Positions 48,955 to 58,116 of a stretch of 64,000 bases of DNA are shown piece by piece. The position numbers were made by a program, and so were the translations under genes. This stretch comes from Desulfomonilaceae bacterium (lineage in GTDB: Bacteria; Desulfobacterota; Desulfomonilia; Desulfomonilales; Desulfomonilaceae). Numbering within the stretch: position 1 is the first letter of the stretch; each line of letters opens with the position of its first letter. The stretch is from the NCBI GenBank assembly GCA_049969795.1, contig JBMFOE010000003.1, positions 11,184-75,183 on the forward strand, in the 5' to 3' direction. The notes under the pieces were generated by a model. The model was not told where the DNA came from. It saw nothing but the letters and a program-made list of their open reading frames with translations, and ran no database searches.

Positions 48955-49386
48955 ATGAGAAACAAGGGACGGGTGTTAATTGCGTTGGGGTTGGCTATGG
49001 TCTTCGCAGCCGCGCTGACATTGGCCTATGCAGCTACCGCCATGCCGGAGAAAGATATCACAATCCATTCGAAAGACGTATTTAAGGAGCCCAAGAAAGG
49101 CCCTGTGGTATTTCCGCACGTAAAGCACAAAGCGCTCAAGTGTACCGATTGCCACCATGAATACAAAGACGGCAAGAATGTGTGGCAGGAAGGCCAGGAA
49201 GTGAAGAAGTGTTCCGCATGCCACAAGCTGGAAGCTGAAGGCAAGATCGTAAAATTGGAAAAAGCCTATCATGACAAGTGCATAAATTGCCACAAGAAGT
49301 ATAAGCAGGAGAAAAAGCCCACCGGGCCGACAGCCTGCACGAAGTGCCATCCCAAAGCGGCCGGCGGCGACGAAAAAGAAAAATAA
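48955..49386 (+). CDS. periplasmic tetrahaem cytochrome c3
   Basis: Signal peptide plus four CxxCH sites (CTDCHH, CSACHK, CINCHK, CTKCHP) in about 110 mature residues. Confidence 0.85.
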   Translation: MRNKGRVLIALGLAMVFAAALTLAYAATAMPEKDITIHSKDVFKEPKKGPVVFPHVKHKALKCTDCHHEYKDGKNVWQEGQEVKKCSACHKLEAEGKIVKLEKAYHDKCINCHKKYKQEKKPTGPTACTKCHPKAAGGDEKEK

Positions 49387-49430
49387 AACCAGGGCGCCGC
49401 GAACCGCAGCAAGATATTATTCTGAAAAGC

Positions 49431-49462
49431 AAAAACCCTCTCCCTTGTGGAGGGGGTTTTTT
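49431..49462. terminator. bidirectional rho-independent terminator
   Basis: AAAAA-CCCTCTCC-CTTGT-GGAGGGGG-TTTTTT: an 8-bp stem (one G-U pair), 5-nt loop, T-run downstream and A-run upstream. It sits between convergent genes. Confidence 0.75.
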
Positions 49463-49515
49463 CTGAGGGAACTCCAATTGCCAAACCGTCGCGTCGATCC
49501 CTCGCCGGTCTCGCC

Positions 49516-49815
49516 TCAGGACGTCCGGCGGTAGCAACAGCGTTTATACTTCAGTCCGGAGCCGCAAGGACATGGCCCGTTCAGGGGAGGGGACAGCGGC
49601 TTTTTCTGCGTCGCTGATGTGATCTTGAGTCGTCTCGCGGCGAGGAAGTATTTGACAAGCAGATACACGGTGATGCCGCAGAATACGAGCCACACGAGGA
49701 CAAGCCCGATCGTCTCCCTTTCGTTGAACATCCCTGATGATACAAACCACCCGAGAGCGACTGTCCAAATAATCAGCCATGCCGCCGCATACCACGGACT
49801 TTTGATTTTTTTCAT
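49516..49815 (-). CDS. small membrane protein with C-terminal SEC-C metal-binding motif
   Basis: Two hydrophobic helices followed by CPCGSGLKYKRCC at the C-terminus. Confidence 0.6.
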   Translation of the reverse strand: MKKIKSPWYAAAWLIIWTVALGWFVSSGMFNERETIGLVLVWLVFCGITVYLLVKYFLAARRLKITSATQKKPLSPPLNGPCPCGSGLKYKRCCYRRTS

Positions 49816-49892
49816 ACGCTTTGGTTCTTTGCAGGCGCGGACTTTCCTTCAACGTATATCAGGTCGATACCCGTGAACGCAAGAGAACGATT

Positions 49893-49920
49893 TTGAATCG
49901 CCCTGATTTAATGGTATGCT
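49893..49920 (+). promoter_or_regulatory. candidate sigma70 promoter (extended -10) for the radical SAM-led gene array
   Basis: TTGAAT (49893-49898), 16-nt spacer ending in TGG, TATGCT (49915-49920). Lies about 35 nt upstream of the GTG 49954 start. Confidence 0.35.
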
Positions 49921-49953
49921 AGGGGCTCTACGCGTGTTTTGCAAAGGTGCGAT

Positions 49954-52362
49954 GTGGCGATTTTCCTTTTCATTAACGTCAATCATGACGTAGGGCGTGA
50001 AAGTTCGGAAAGCATTCCCATTTCCCTGGGATATGTCCTGGCTGCGGTACAGGCTGCCGGCGGCTCTGGCGTCATTTTGGATGACCTGAGAGATGGGCCT
50101 TTAACGCTGAAGACGCTTGAAAAATGGATCAGAAAGATACAGCCGGATATAGTGGGATTCACGGCGTACCAGTGTACGATGCATCGAATACGTTTCTTGT
50201 GCCGTTATGTCAAATCGCGCTATCCCCATATTCTTACCATGCTCGGCGGGCCTCAAATATTCGCCATGCCTTCACACGCGCTTTTCAACCTGCCGGATGT
50301 GGACATCCTCGTGCGTGGGGATGGCGAATACATAGTTCCTCGCCTAGCGGCTGCGCTTGATGCGGAGCGGAGTCTGGATGATGTTGAGGGAATAACCTTC
50401 CGTAGGGACGGCGAGGTGATCGACGCCAGACCGCTGCCGCGCCTAGCCAACGATCTCGATGAATATCCCTCTCCTTACTTGAAGGGAATCCTGAATCTCC
50501 AGGGAAAGACCACGGCCATTCTGCTTTCGTCCCGCGGCTGCAAACACGTCTGTCGTTTCTGCATAACGCCGAAACTTTGCGGCGGCGCGGTTCGATACCA
50601 TTCCATCGAGAGGGTGATCTCGGAGATGGAGTTCTTGGCCCGCATGGGTATCGAGCGATTCTGGTTCGCTGATCCGAACTTTACCGAAGACAAAGAAAGA
50701 ACCTCGTTGCTTTTGGAAGAAAAGATTCGTCGAGGCATAGGGACGCCTTTTTGGTGCCAAACTAGGGCGGACCTCGTTGACGCTGACATGTTGCGCCAGC
50801 TCAAACACGCGGGCGCGGACACCATTGCGTTCGGTTTGGAATCCGGCAGTCCCCAGGTCTTGCAAAAGACTGGGAAACGCATCGAACTCGATCAATTGGA
50901 AGAACACATACGCACGGCCCAGGCGCTTGGCATGGAAACGGAGCTGTTTTCGATCTTTGGGCTGCCCGGCGAAACAGTCGAAGACGCCAGACGCACAATG
51001 GAATTTCTCAAATCTCTCGGAATACCGATTCAATCGAATTCGGGTTCGCAGCAGATGCAGCTCTATTTCGGGTCGGTTTATGAGAGAGACCCAGAGAAAT
51101 TTGGCATCGTTCCAAGAAGGGAATACAGACCAGCATATTTGTCTATAGGAGAGGATTACGAAACCACCGCGATGTCAGCTCGTGACCTGGCGAAGGTCCG
51201 GAATTTATGGGCGCTGGCAAATGAACAGATGGAAACAGACGTCTATTATAAACAGCGAACGTTTGAGGTGCTGCAATTCCTGATAGAGAATCGCGACGAC
51301 CTCGCGCACGAACCGTCGTACTATGCCTACGGCGCGCTGGCATCCGCGGCCATCGAGGATTATTTCCTCCTCGAACAATTCCTCGAAGGATATGAAAGGC
51401 TTCCGTCCCACATGCGGCCGCCTACTCAAGAGCTTTTGGCAATGATTCCCTTCTTTCAAGAATCGTCAGACCCAATACAGCCACAGGACAGAGTCATATT
51501 CGACTCTCGAAGCTTCATCGATGGGATACCCTTTACTGGCATTTCCGGCAAGTATTGGGATGTCTTATTGGGGAGAGGCCTACTTTTGGAAGACTTTGAA
51601 GCGGGTTTCTTGGGCGCCCGGGCAGGTATGGCCATCGAGTTCAGTTTCGTTTTTCCGAATGATTACTTTCAAGCAGAACTCGGCGGGAAACAGGTCGAGG
51701 TGCATGCGAAGATTCACAAGGTTTTCACGCCCATCGCAATATCATCCATTGACGAACTGAAACGTACTCCATTCCGAAACAAATATTGTTTCAACGACCT
51801 GAACCTGCTGCGCGACCAAAATGAAATCCTTTATTACCTTGCGCTCAGGGATGCTGACCCTGCGACGCTCCTGAAGACCCCGACACATTTTTTGGCGTTG
51901 GTTCATAGGCTGGCGAAGCTGAGCAAGTATGAGGAGATCGGGAAGCTGGCCGCGCTTATTGCGAATAAGCCCACAGCCTTGCATGCCTTTGCAGAAACCT
52001 TAGCAGTCTGCGGAAAATACGAATGGGCGCTCCCCTACTATGAAGCCCTTTCTCATCATCTCCCCTCTGCAATGCTCAAGCAAATAAGGTGCTTATTACA
52101 CATGGGGCAGCATGAGAGAGCTGCAGCCCTCATGTCAGAGATACCCCCGAGCAAGGATTATGAATACCAGCAGGTCCTTCTTGAATGCCTCATGAAGGTG
52201 GACCCAGGATCGGAGCGCATTCCAGAACTAGAGCATCAGGTCATGGACTTGAGAGTGAAAGACGCAGTAACCAGGGAGGCTTTTGCCCGAGGAAATCATT
52301 TTGCCTCTCGTCCCGTTGTGCATGGCTTCGTTCGTGACGACGCCAGAGACGAGGAAATATAG
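49954..52362 (+). CDS. B12-binding radical SAM enzyme fused to a trigger-factor/FKBP-type PPIase-like domain and a helical C-terminal region
   Basis: B12-like N-terminus; CKHVCRFC (CxxxCxxC); residues about 515-597 (QDRVIFDSRSFIDGIPFTG...LGRGLLLEDFEAGFLGARAGMAIEFSFVFPNDYFQAELGGKQVEVHAKIHKV) align with the trigger factor PPIase domain. The ORF opens at TTG 49939; GTG 49954 has the better RBS (AAAGG). Confidence 0.8.
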   Translation: MAIFLFINVNHDVGRESSESIPISLGYVLAAVQAAGGSGVILDDLRDGPLTLKTLEKWIRKIQPDIVGFTAYQCTMHRIRFLCRYVKSRYPHILTMLGGPQIFAMPSHALFNLPDVDILVRGDGEYIVPRLAAALDAERSLDDVEGITFRRDGEVIDARPLPRLANDLDEYPSPYLKGILNLQGKTTAILLSSRGCKHVCRFCITPKLCGGAVRYHSIERVISEMEFLARMGIERFWFADPNFTEDKERTSLLLEEKIRRGIGTPFWCQTRADLVDADMLRQLKHAGADTIAFGLESGSPQVLQKTGKRIELDQLEEHIRTAQALGMETELFSIFGLPGETVEDARRTMEFLKSLGIPIQSNSGSQQMQLYFGSVYERDPEKFGIVPRREYRPAYLSIGEDYETTAMSARDLAKVRNLWALANEQMETDVYYKQRTFEVLQFLIENRDDLAHEPSYYAYGALASAAIEDYFLLEQFLEGYERLPSHMRPPTQELLAMIPFFQESSDPIQPQDRVIFDSRSFIDGIPFTGISGKYWDVLLGRGLLLEDFEAGFLGARAGMAIEFSFVFPNDYFQAELGGKQVEVHAKIHKVFTPIAISSIDELKRTPFRNKYCFNDLNLLRDQNEILYYLALRDADPATLLKTPTHFLALVHRLAKLSKYEEIGKLAALIANKPTALHAFAETLAVCGKYEWALPYYEALSHHLPSAMLKQIRCLLHMGQHERAAALMSEIPPSKDYEYQQVLLECLMKVDPGSERIPELEHQVMDLRVKDAVTREAFARGNHFASRPVVHGFVRDDARDEEI

Positions 52363-52395
52363 CTTCATTTCAGTATATCATCGGAGGATGGCCCC

Positions 52396-53229
52396 ATGGA
52401 AGAAACAGAGTCGAAGAAGCCCGCGCTGGTCGTCTATACCAGAGAAGGCGCGATTGGAATCATAACCTTGAACCGGCCGGACAAGCGAAACGCCCTGAAC
52501 CTTTCTGTGTGGTTGGATTTGGGAACTGCGGTGAGCGCCGCCGAAGCCGATGACGATGCGCGAGTCGTTCTCGTGAAGGGGCAAGGCAAGGCGTTTTGTG
52601 CGGGTTTGGATTTGAGTCCGAACAACGATATCATCTCCTATATAAGCGCTGCCCCGTCAGCGTCGCAAAAAATGGCTTTTTATAACGTGCTCAAGAAGAT
52701 CCAAGATATCCATACGAGACTGGAAAGGCTCTCGAAACCCACAATAGCGGTGATACAGGGCTATTGTCTGGGCGCTGGCCTGGAATTGGCGCTCTGTTGC
52801 GACATTCGGTTGTGTTCCGCGGATGCGGTTTTCGCGCTGCCAGAGGCGAAGCTTGCGATTATCACTGATGTAGGGGGTCTGCAGAGACTGTCCAAAGTAG
52901 TTGGCTGCGGTCATGCAAGGGAGATAGCCTTTCGAGGTCATAGATTTGACGCAGAACACGCTCGGGCCATACAGTTAGTCAATCGCGTGTATCCAGACCA
53001 CGACGCGCTGTTTCAGGAGGCCGCGAAAATGGCGGAAGAAATTGCCGCAAACCCGCCGCTGGCCGTGCAGGGAGCAAAAGACGTGCTCATGTTTACGGAC
53101 AGATTGTTCGTTTCGCAGTCTCTTGAATACAATGCAGCTCGGTCGGCCATGATCATGCCATCCGACGACTTATACGAAGCCTTTGCCGCGTTCATGCAAA
53201 AAAGAGAGGGGCAATTCAAAGGATCTTGA
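52396..53229 (+). CDS. enoyl-CoA hydratase/isomerase (crotonase) family protein
   Basis: ITLNRPDKRNAL, GKAFCAGLDL and GYCLGAGLELALCCD motifs. Confidence 0.85.
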   Translation: MEETESKKPALVVYTREGAIGIITLNRPDKRNALNLSVWLDLGTAVSAAEADDDARVVLVKGQGKAFCAGLDLSPNNDIISYISAAPSASQKMAFYNVLKKIQDIHTRLERLSKPTIAVIQGYCLGAGLELALCCDIRLCSADAVFALPEAKLAIITDVGGLQRLSKVVGCGHAREIAFRGHRFDAEHARAIQLVNRVYPDHDALFQEAAKMAEEIAANPPLAVQGAKDVLMFTDRLFVSQSLEYNAARSAMIMPSDDLYEAFAAFMQKREGQFKGS

Positions 53230-53349
53230 AAGCCATACGCCTTGGTCGCCACACATTAAGAGATGCGCGACCTTCGAGAGAAAACAAGCCAATGCGCTTT
53301 TCCATGTGCGCGCTCGGACAATGAAATTCAACGCCGCGAGGAGGATCCC

Positions 53350-55353
53350 TTGATACAGAAGTTGTTCGAACCCATTAAGATCGGCCCCATGACTGCGCCC
53401 AACAGGGTCGTCATGACCGCCATGCATCTCAACTATACCCCGGATGGCAAGGTGAACGACACCTTTCTTGAATTCTACCGCGCTCGCGCCGACGGCGGCG
53501 CGGGCCTCATCATAGTTGGCGGAGCAGAGATCAACGACCAGGCATGCGGTCTCGACTTCTTTCTCTCCATCAAAGACGACTCATGCATCCCCGGTCTCAC
53601 GAGACTTACCGACGCCATCCATGCCTCCGGCTCCAAGATCGCGATACAACTCTATATGGCAGGCGCGTATTCCTACTGCGGTCTCAAAGGCCTTCCAATC
53701 CTCGCGCCATCTGAATTTACCTCGTATTTCACCCGTCAAAAAACGACGCCCATGACAAAAGAAGACATCCACAGGGTGCAAGAGGACTTCGCCAAAGCTA
53801 CCGTGAGGGCGAAAGAGGCTGGCTTTGACGCCGTGGAAATCATTGCCTCCGCGGGTTACCTCATCTCTCAGTTTTTGTCGCCCAAGACCAACAAGAGGGA
53901 CGACGAGTATGGCGGTCCGTTGGAGAACAGAATGCGTTTCGGCGTCGAGACCATTGAAAAGGTGCGGGAGAAAGCCGGCAACGATATGGCCGTTCTCGTA
54001 AGGGTAGCAGGAAACGATTTTGTCCCGGGCAGCCACACCAACAAAGAGGCCCGTGTATTCGCTGCCGCGTGCCAGAAGGCTGGGGTCGATTGCATCAACG
54101 TCACTGGCGGCTGGCACGAGAGTCGCGTGCCGCAGATCACTATGGACTTGCCGCAGGCCGGCTACACCTATCTGGCAAGGGGCATCAAAGAAGTGGTTTC
54201 CGTGCCGGTGATCGCGTGCAATCGAATCAACGATCCTATTGTCGCCGAGGAAGTACTGAAGATGGAGGTCGCCGACCTCGTAGGAGTAGCAAGAGGATTG
54301 ATCGCTGATCCGGAGTTTGTGAACAAATCGCGTCAGGGCAAGTTCCAGGAAATTAGACGCTGTGTGGCCTGCAATCAACGCTGCTTTGACCACGTGTTCC
54401 AGCTCTTGCCGGTGGGTTGCATCGTGAATCCAAGAGCGGGAAAAGAGGCCCAGACGGTGCTCGAACCTGCATCGGTTTCCAAAAAGATTCTCGTCGCCGG
54501 CGCCGGTCCGGCCGGGTGTGAATTTTCCCTTATCGCAGCCCAGCGCGGGCATCGCGTTATCCTGTGCGACAAAGGTCAGGAAATCGGCGGCCAAGTCCCC
54601 TGGTCTGCAAAGGCTACCCAGAAACACGACTTCCATTATATCTTCGATTATTATCGGGCGGTATTGCCATCCAATGGCATAGAAATCCGGCTTGGCGTAG
54701 AGGTCACTTCTGAACTCGTGGCGCAAGAAAAGCCGGATGTGGTTGTTGTGGCCACCGGCGCGGCCCCTTTTAAGCCGCCCATCGACGCGGTGAACGCCCC
54801 AAACGTGTATCAGGCATGGGATGTGCTCAAAGGCCAGGCAGTTACCGGAAGAAAAGTAGTGGTCGTCGGGGGCGGCTCTGTGGGACTTGAAACAGCCATT
54901 TTTTTGGCCAGCAAGGGCACCATATCTCCCGAGCAGCTCTACTTTCTGACTCTTCATGAGGCGGAGCAGCCGGAGGTGCTCAGAAGCCTCATGCTCAATG
55001 GCGTCAAAGAAGTGACCGTCATAGAGATGCTTCCCAAAGTGGCGCAGGACGTGGGACCATCAACGCGTTGGGTGCTTTTGAAAGAGGTTCAGTTGCGTGG
55101 AATAAAGGTGGTGACCGGCGCGAAGATGAAAGACATAGCAGATGACCATGTGATCTACACAGACGCCAGCGGCAACGACGTGCGGCTCGAGGCGGATTCT
55201 GTTGTCTTGGCCATGGGCGCAAGGCCTGAAAATTGGCTGGCCGCGGCTCTTCAGGGTCTCGGCGTCGAGGTGAGGGTCATCGGAGACGCCAGAAAAGTAG
55301 GACGGATCGGCGAAGCCATCGAAGACGGATTCAAGCTAGCCTCTGAGTTGTAG
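53350..55353 (+). CDS. FadH / Old-Yellow-Enzyme-family Fe-S flavoenzyme (2,4-dienoyl-CoA reductase-like NADH:flavin oxidoreductase)
   Basis: OYE TIM-barrel start FEPIKIGPMTAPNRVVMTAMH. Cys cluster CVACNQRCFDHVFQLLPVGC. Two Rossmann motifs, VAGAGPAGCE and VVGGGSVGLE. TTG 53350 follows GAGGAGGA; the longer ORF from 53263 is less likely. Confidence 0.85.
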   Translation: MIQKLFEPIKIGPMTAPNRVVMTAMHLNYTPDGKVNDTFLEFYRARADGGAGLIIVGGAEINDQACGLDFFLSIKDDSCIPGLTRLTDAIHASGSKIAIQLYMAGAYSYCGLKGLPILAPSEFTSYFTRQKTTPMTKEDIHRVQEDFAKATVRAKEAGFDAVEIIASAGYLISQFLSPKTNKRDDEYGGPLENRMRFGVETIEKVREKAGNDMAVLVRVAGNDFVPGSHTNKEARVFAAACQKAGVDCINVTGGWHESRVPQITMDLPQAGYTYLARGIKEVVSVPVIACNRINDPIVAEEVLKMEVADLVGVARGLIADPEFVNKSRQGKFQEIRRCVACNQRCFDHVFQLLPVGCIVNPRAGKEAQTVLEPASVSKKILVAGAGPAGCEFSLIAAQRGHRVILCDKGQEIGGQVPWSAKATQKHDFHYIFDYYRAVLPSNGIEIRLGVEVTSELVAQEKPDVVVVATGAAPFKPPIDAVNAPNVYQAWDVLKGQAVTGRKVVVVGGGSVGLETAIFLASKGTISPEQLYFLTLHEAEQPEVLRSLMLNGVKEVTVIEMLPKVAQDVGPSTRWVLLKEVQLRGIKVVTGAKMKDIADDHVIYTDASGNDVRLEADSVVLAMGARPENWLAAALQGLGVEVRVIGDARKVGRIGEAIEDGFKLASEL

Positions 55354-55377
55354 GCCGGAGCGACAGGATGAAGAAAC

Positions 55378-57087
55378 ATGACCAGCGATTCTATAAATGT
55401 CGTCATTAGCGGCGAGGCGGGGCAGGGTCTGGCCACGATCGGCCAAGTATTCACAAAAGCTCTTGTGAAAGCCGGATATTACATCGTCGTGACGCAAAGC
55501 TATCAATCGAGAATCAGGGGAGGATGCAACGCATATTCAGTGCGGATAAGCCCCCTACCCATTGAATCGCCAGTGGAGAAGGTGGACGTTCTTGTGGCCC
55601 TTTCAGACGAAGCCTACCGCGTCAATCGGGACGCTGTCCTGGATTCGGGCCTCATCATGGCGGACGAAAAAATAGATTTATCCGGGGAGACGCGGCCCCA
55701 TACGTCCGTGAAGAGACCGGATGACGCGCGGTACTTCAACGTCTTCTTCCTGGGGGTTTTGGCGAGAGCGCTTGGCGTGGACTCGGACAGTCTTCGAGAA
55801 GCGTTGACCGAGTTCTTCGTCGGTCATCACCCTGATGCTGTGCAGAAGAATCTTGACAGCCTCGAAGAAGGCCGACAGTGGGCTTCATCGCAGCCCGATC
55901 ATATGGATCGTCCTCTGCCGACCGCGGCTCGTAAGGGATTCTGCATGATCAACGGCAATGAAGCGATCGCCATAGGCGCCATGTCGGCAGGATTGAAATT
56001 CTTCAGCTTCTACCCTATGACCCCGGCCACGTCGGTAGCCAATACCTTGGCCCCCCATGCGGCCACCATGGGTTTCCTTGTGGAGCAGGCCGAGGATGAA
56101 ATAGCCGCTATTAACATGGCCATTGGCGCATCCTTTGCCGGCGCGCCGAGTATGACGGCCACTTCGGGCGGCGGTTTCGCGCTCATGACCGAGGCGGTCA
56201 GCCTCGCGGGCATGACTGAAACGCCAATAGTTATAGTCGTGGCGCAAAGACCCGGTCCCTCCACCGGCTTGCCCACGCGGACAGAACAGGGAGACTTGGA
56301 GTTTGTGCTGCATGCAGGGCACGGCGAATTTCCGAGGGTTCTCTATGCGCCCGGCTCCGTGGAGGAATGCTTTCATCTCACCAGGGAAGCCTTCCTTATG
56401 GCCGAGAAGAGCCGTGGGCCCGTATTCATTCTGACCGACCAATTTCTGGCGGATTCATATCGTTCCGTGGAGCCTTTTGACTTGGAAGCCATCCCTTCCC
56501 TGAACGTGTGTAACGACTTGGCTTCTTCAGAAAAGCCTTTTCAGACCTACCAGATCACTGCCAGCGGCGTCTCTCCGAGACTTGCCCCCGGCCTCGTCCA
56601 ATCATGCGTACGAGCCTGGAGCTCTGAACAGCTCGCTGTGGCAGACAGCGACGAACACACCGAGGATGGCCACCTCACTGAAGATTTGCATGTAAGAAAG
56701 CTGATGGTGCAGAAAAGATGGAGAAAATTGTCAGTTATCAAGGACCATGTGCGCAAACCGCTCTTTTTCGGAGACAAAGACCCTGACGTGCTCTTGGTGT
56801 GCTGGGGCTCTTCCTTGGGCGCGGTGCGGGAAACCGTCGCTCGAAAAATCGATGAAGGACAATCCTTTGGGATGCTTCATTTTTCCCAAGTGTGGCCTAT
56901 CGTTGCCAAAGACGTTCTCCCCTATCTACAAAGCGCGAAAAGGGTAATAGGAGTAGAAAGCAACTTCACCGGTCAGTTCAGCAGGCTTCTCCGTCGAGAG
57001 ACAGGCTTCGATATTTCCGAAAGGATTCTGAGGTACGACGGGTTGCCGTTGACGTTGGAGTATGTCTTAGACCGGATTTCTGCATAG
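55378..57087 (+). CDS. 2-oxoacid:ferredoxin oxidoreductase, fused gamma-alpha subunit (KorA-like)
   Basis: Gamma-type N-terminus VISGEAGQGLATIGQVFTKAL...SRIRGG, then alpha-type INGNEAIAIGAMSAGLKFFSFYPMTPATS. Confidence 0.85.
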   Translation: MTSDSINVVISGEAGQGLATIGQVFTKALVKAGYYIVVTQSYQSRIRGGCNAYSVRISPLPIESPVEKVDVLVALSDEAYRVNRDAVLDSGLIMADEKIDLSGETRPHTSVKRPDDARYFNVFFLGVLARALGVDSDSLREALTEFFVGHHPDAVQKNLDSLEEGRQWASSQPDHMDRPLPTAARKGFCMINGNEAIAIGAMSAGLKFFSFYPMTPATSVANTLAPHAATMGFLVEQAEDEIAAINMAIGASFAGAPSMTATSGGGFALMTEAVSLAGMTETPIVIVVAQRPGPSTGLPTRTEQGDLEFVLHAGHGEFPRVLYAPGSVEECFHLTREAFLMAEKSRGPVFILTDQFLADSYRSVEPFDLEAIPSLNVCNDLASSEKPFQTYQITASGVSPRLAPGLVQSCVRAWSSEQLAVADSDEHTEDGHLTEDLHVRKLMVQKRWRKLSVIKDHVRKPLFFGDKDPDVLLVCWGSSLGAVRETVARKIDEGQSFGMLHFSQVWPIVAKDVLPYLQSAKRVIGVESNFTGQFSRLLRRETGFDISERILRYDGLPLTLEYVLDRISA

Positions 57088-57200
57088 ATGAAGGCGGCTG
57101 AATGTTCAGCGTGGCACAAGACTGACAAGACGTAGCGGCAGGGACGGGACGGCAATGTGTCGCCAAAAGAGTCGTCTTCCTTGCCCCATGAGGAGCAGCA

Positions 57201-58070
57201 ATGAGCGTCGAGACTAACACGTCGGCGGACCAGGTGTTTGGAAATTTCGAGACAGCCTGGTGTCCAGGGTGTGGAAATCATTCCATTTTAGCGGCCATGA
57301 AAAAGGCCCTGACAGCTCTCGGTTTGAAACCCTTCGAGGTCCTGTTCGTATCGGGCATTGGCCAGGCGGCAAAGGCCCCGCATTACCTGCGGGCAAACGT
57401 GTTCAACGGACTTCACGGCAGGGCTCTGCCCGTTGCAACAGGGGCGAAAATAGCCAATCCGGAACTTACTGTGATTGTAGAAAGCGGGGACGGATGTACG
57501 TACGGCGAGGGCGGCAACCATTTCCTCAACGCGATAAGGCGCAACATCGACGTGACCATGGTGGTGCACAACAATCAGGTGTATGGTCTCACCAAAGGTC
57601 AAGCCAGTCCAACCAGCATGGTCGGCTTTGTGACCAAGACCCAACCTGCTGGCGCGGTGGCAGAACCCTTCAACCCGGTCCTGGTCGCCATCGCCATGAA
57701 AGCCGGTTTCGTGGCGCGGGGCTTCTCTGGAAAGATCGATCACCTGTCTTCACTCATACAGCAAGGCGTGCAGCACAAAGGATTCTCTCTCATTGACGTG
57801 CTTCAACCCTGCGTTTCCTTTAATCATGTGAATACCTACGCGTGGTACAACCAGAGGTGCTACGAGATCGGAGCTGATCATGATCCCGCAGACAGGTCCC
57901 GTGCAATGATATTGGCTGAAGAATGGGGCGACAAGATTCCCATAGGCGTCCTTTACAAAAACGACCGACCATCATTCGAATCACACTTCCCTTTCTTGCA
58001 ACGAGGGCCCTTGGCGTCGCAACCGGCGAACATGGAGACGTTAAAGTCCATTGTGAAGTCCTTTCAATGA
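57201..58070 (+). CDS. 2-oxoacid:ferredoxin oxidoreductase beta (TPP-binding) subunit (KorB-like)
   Basis: WCPGCGNHSIL and the TPP motif GDGCTYGEGGNHF...NNQVYGLTKGQ. Confidence 0.9.
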   Translation: MSVETNTSADQVFGNFETAWCPGCGNHSILAAMKKALTALGLKPFEVLFVSGIGQAAKAPHYLRANVFNGLHGRALPVATGAKIANPELTVIVESGDGCTYGEGGNHFLNAIRRNIDVTMVVHNNQVYGLTKGQASPTSMVGFVTKTQPAGAVAEPFNPVLVAIAMKAGFVARGFSGKIDHLSSLIQQGVQHKGFSLIDVLQPCVSFNHVNTYAWYNQRCYEIGADHDPADRSRAMILAEEWGDKIPIGVLYKNDRPSFESHFPFLQRGPLASQPANMETLKSIVKSFQ

Positions 58071-58116
58071 GCCAGACTGCCAACCCCAGGCCGCATGACA
58101 AAGTAAGGAGCGAACC

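Noticed and set aside
53581-54957. 458-aa minus-strand ORF
   Set aside because: It is entirely antisense to the well-supported FadH/OYE-type gene, has Arg/Gly/His-rich low-complexity composition and carries no recognisable motifs. This is a typical shadow ORF in GC-rich coding DNA.
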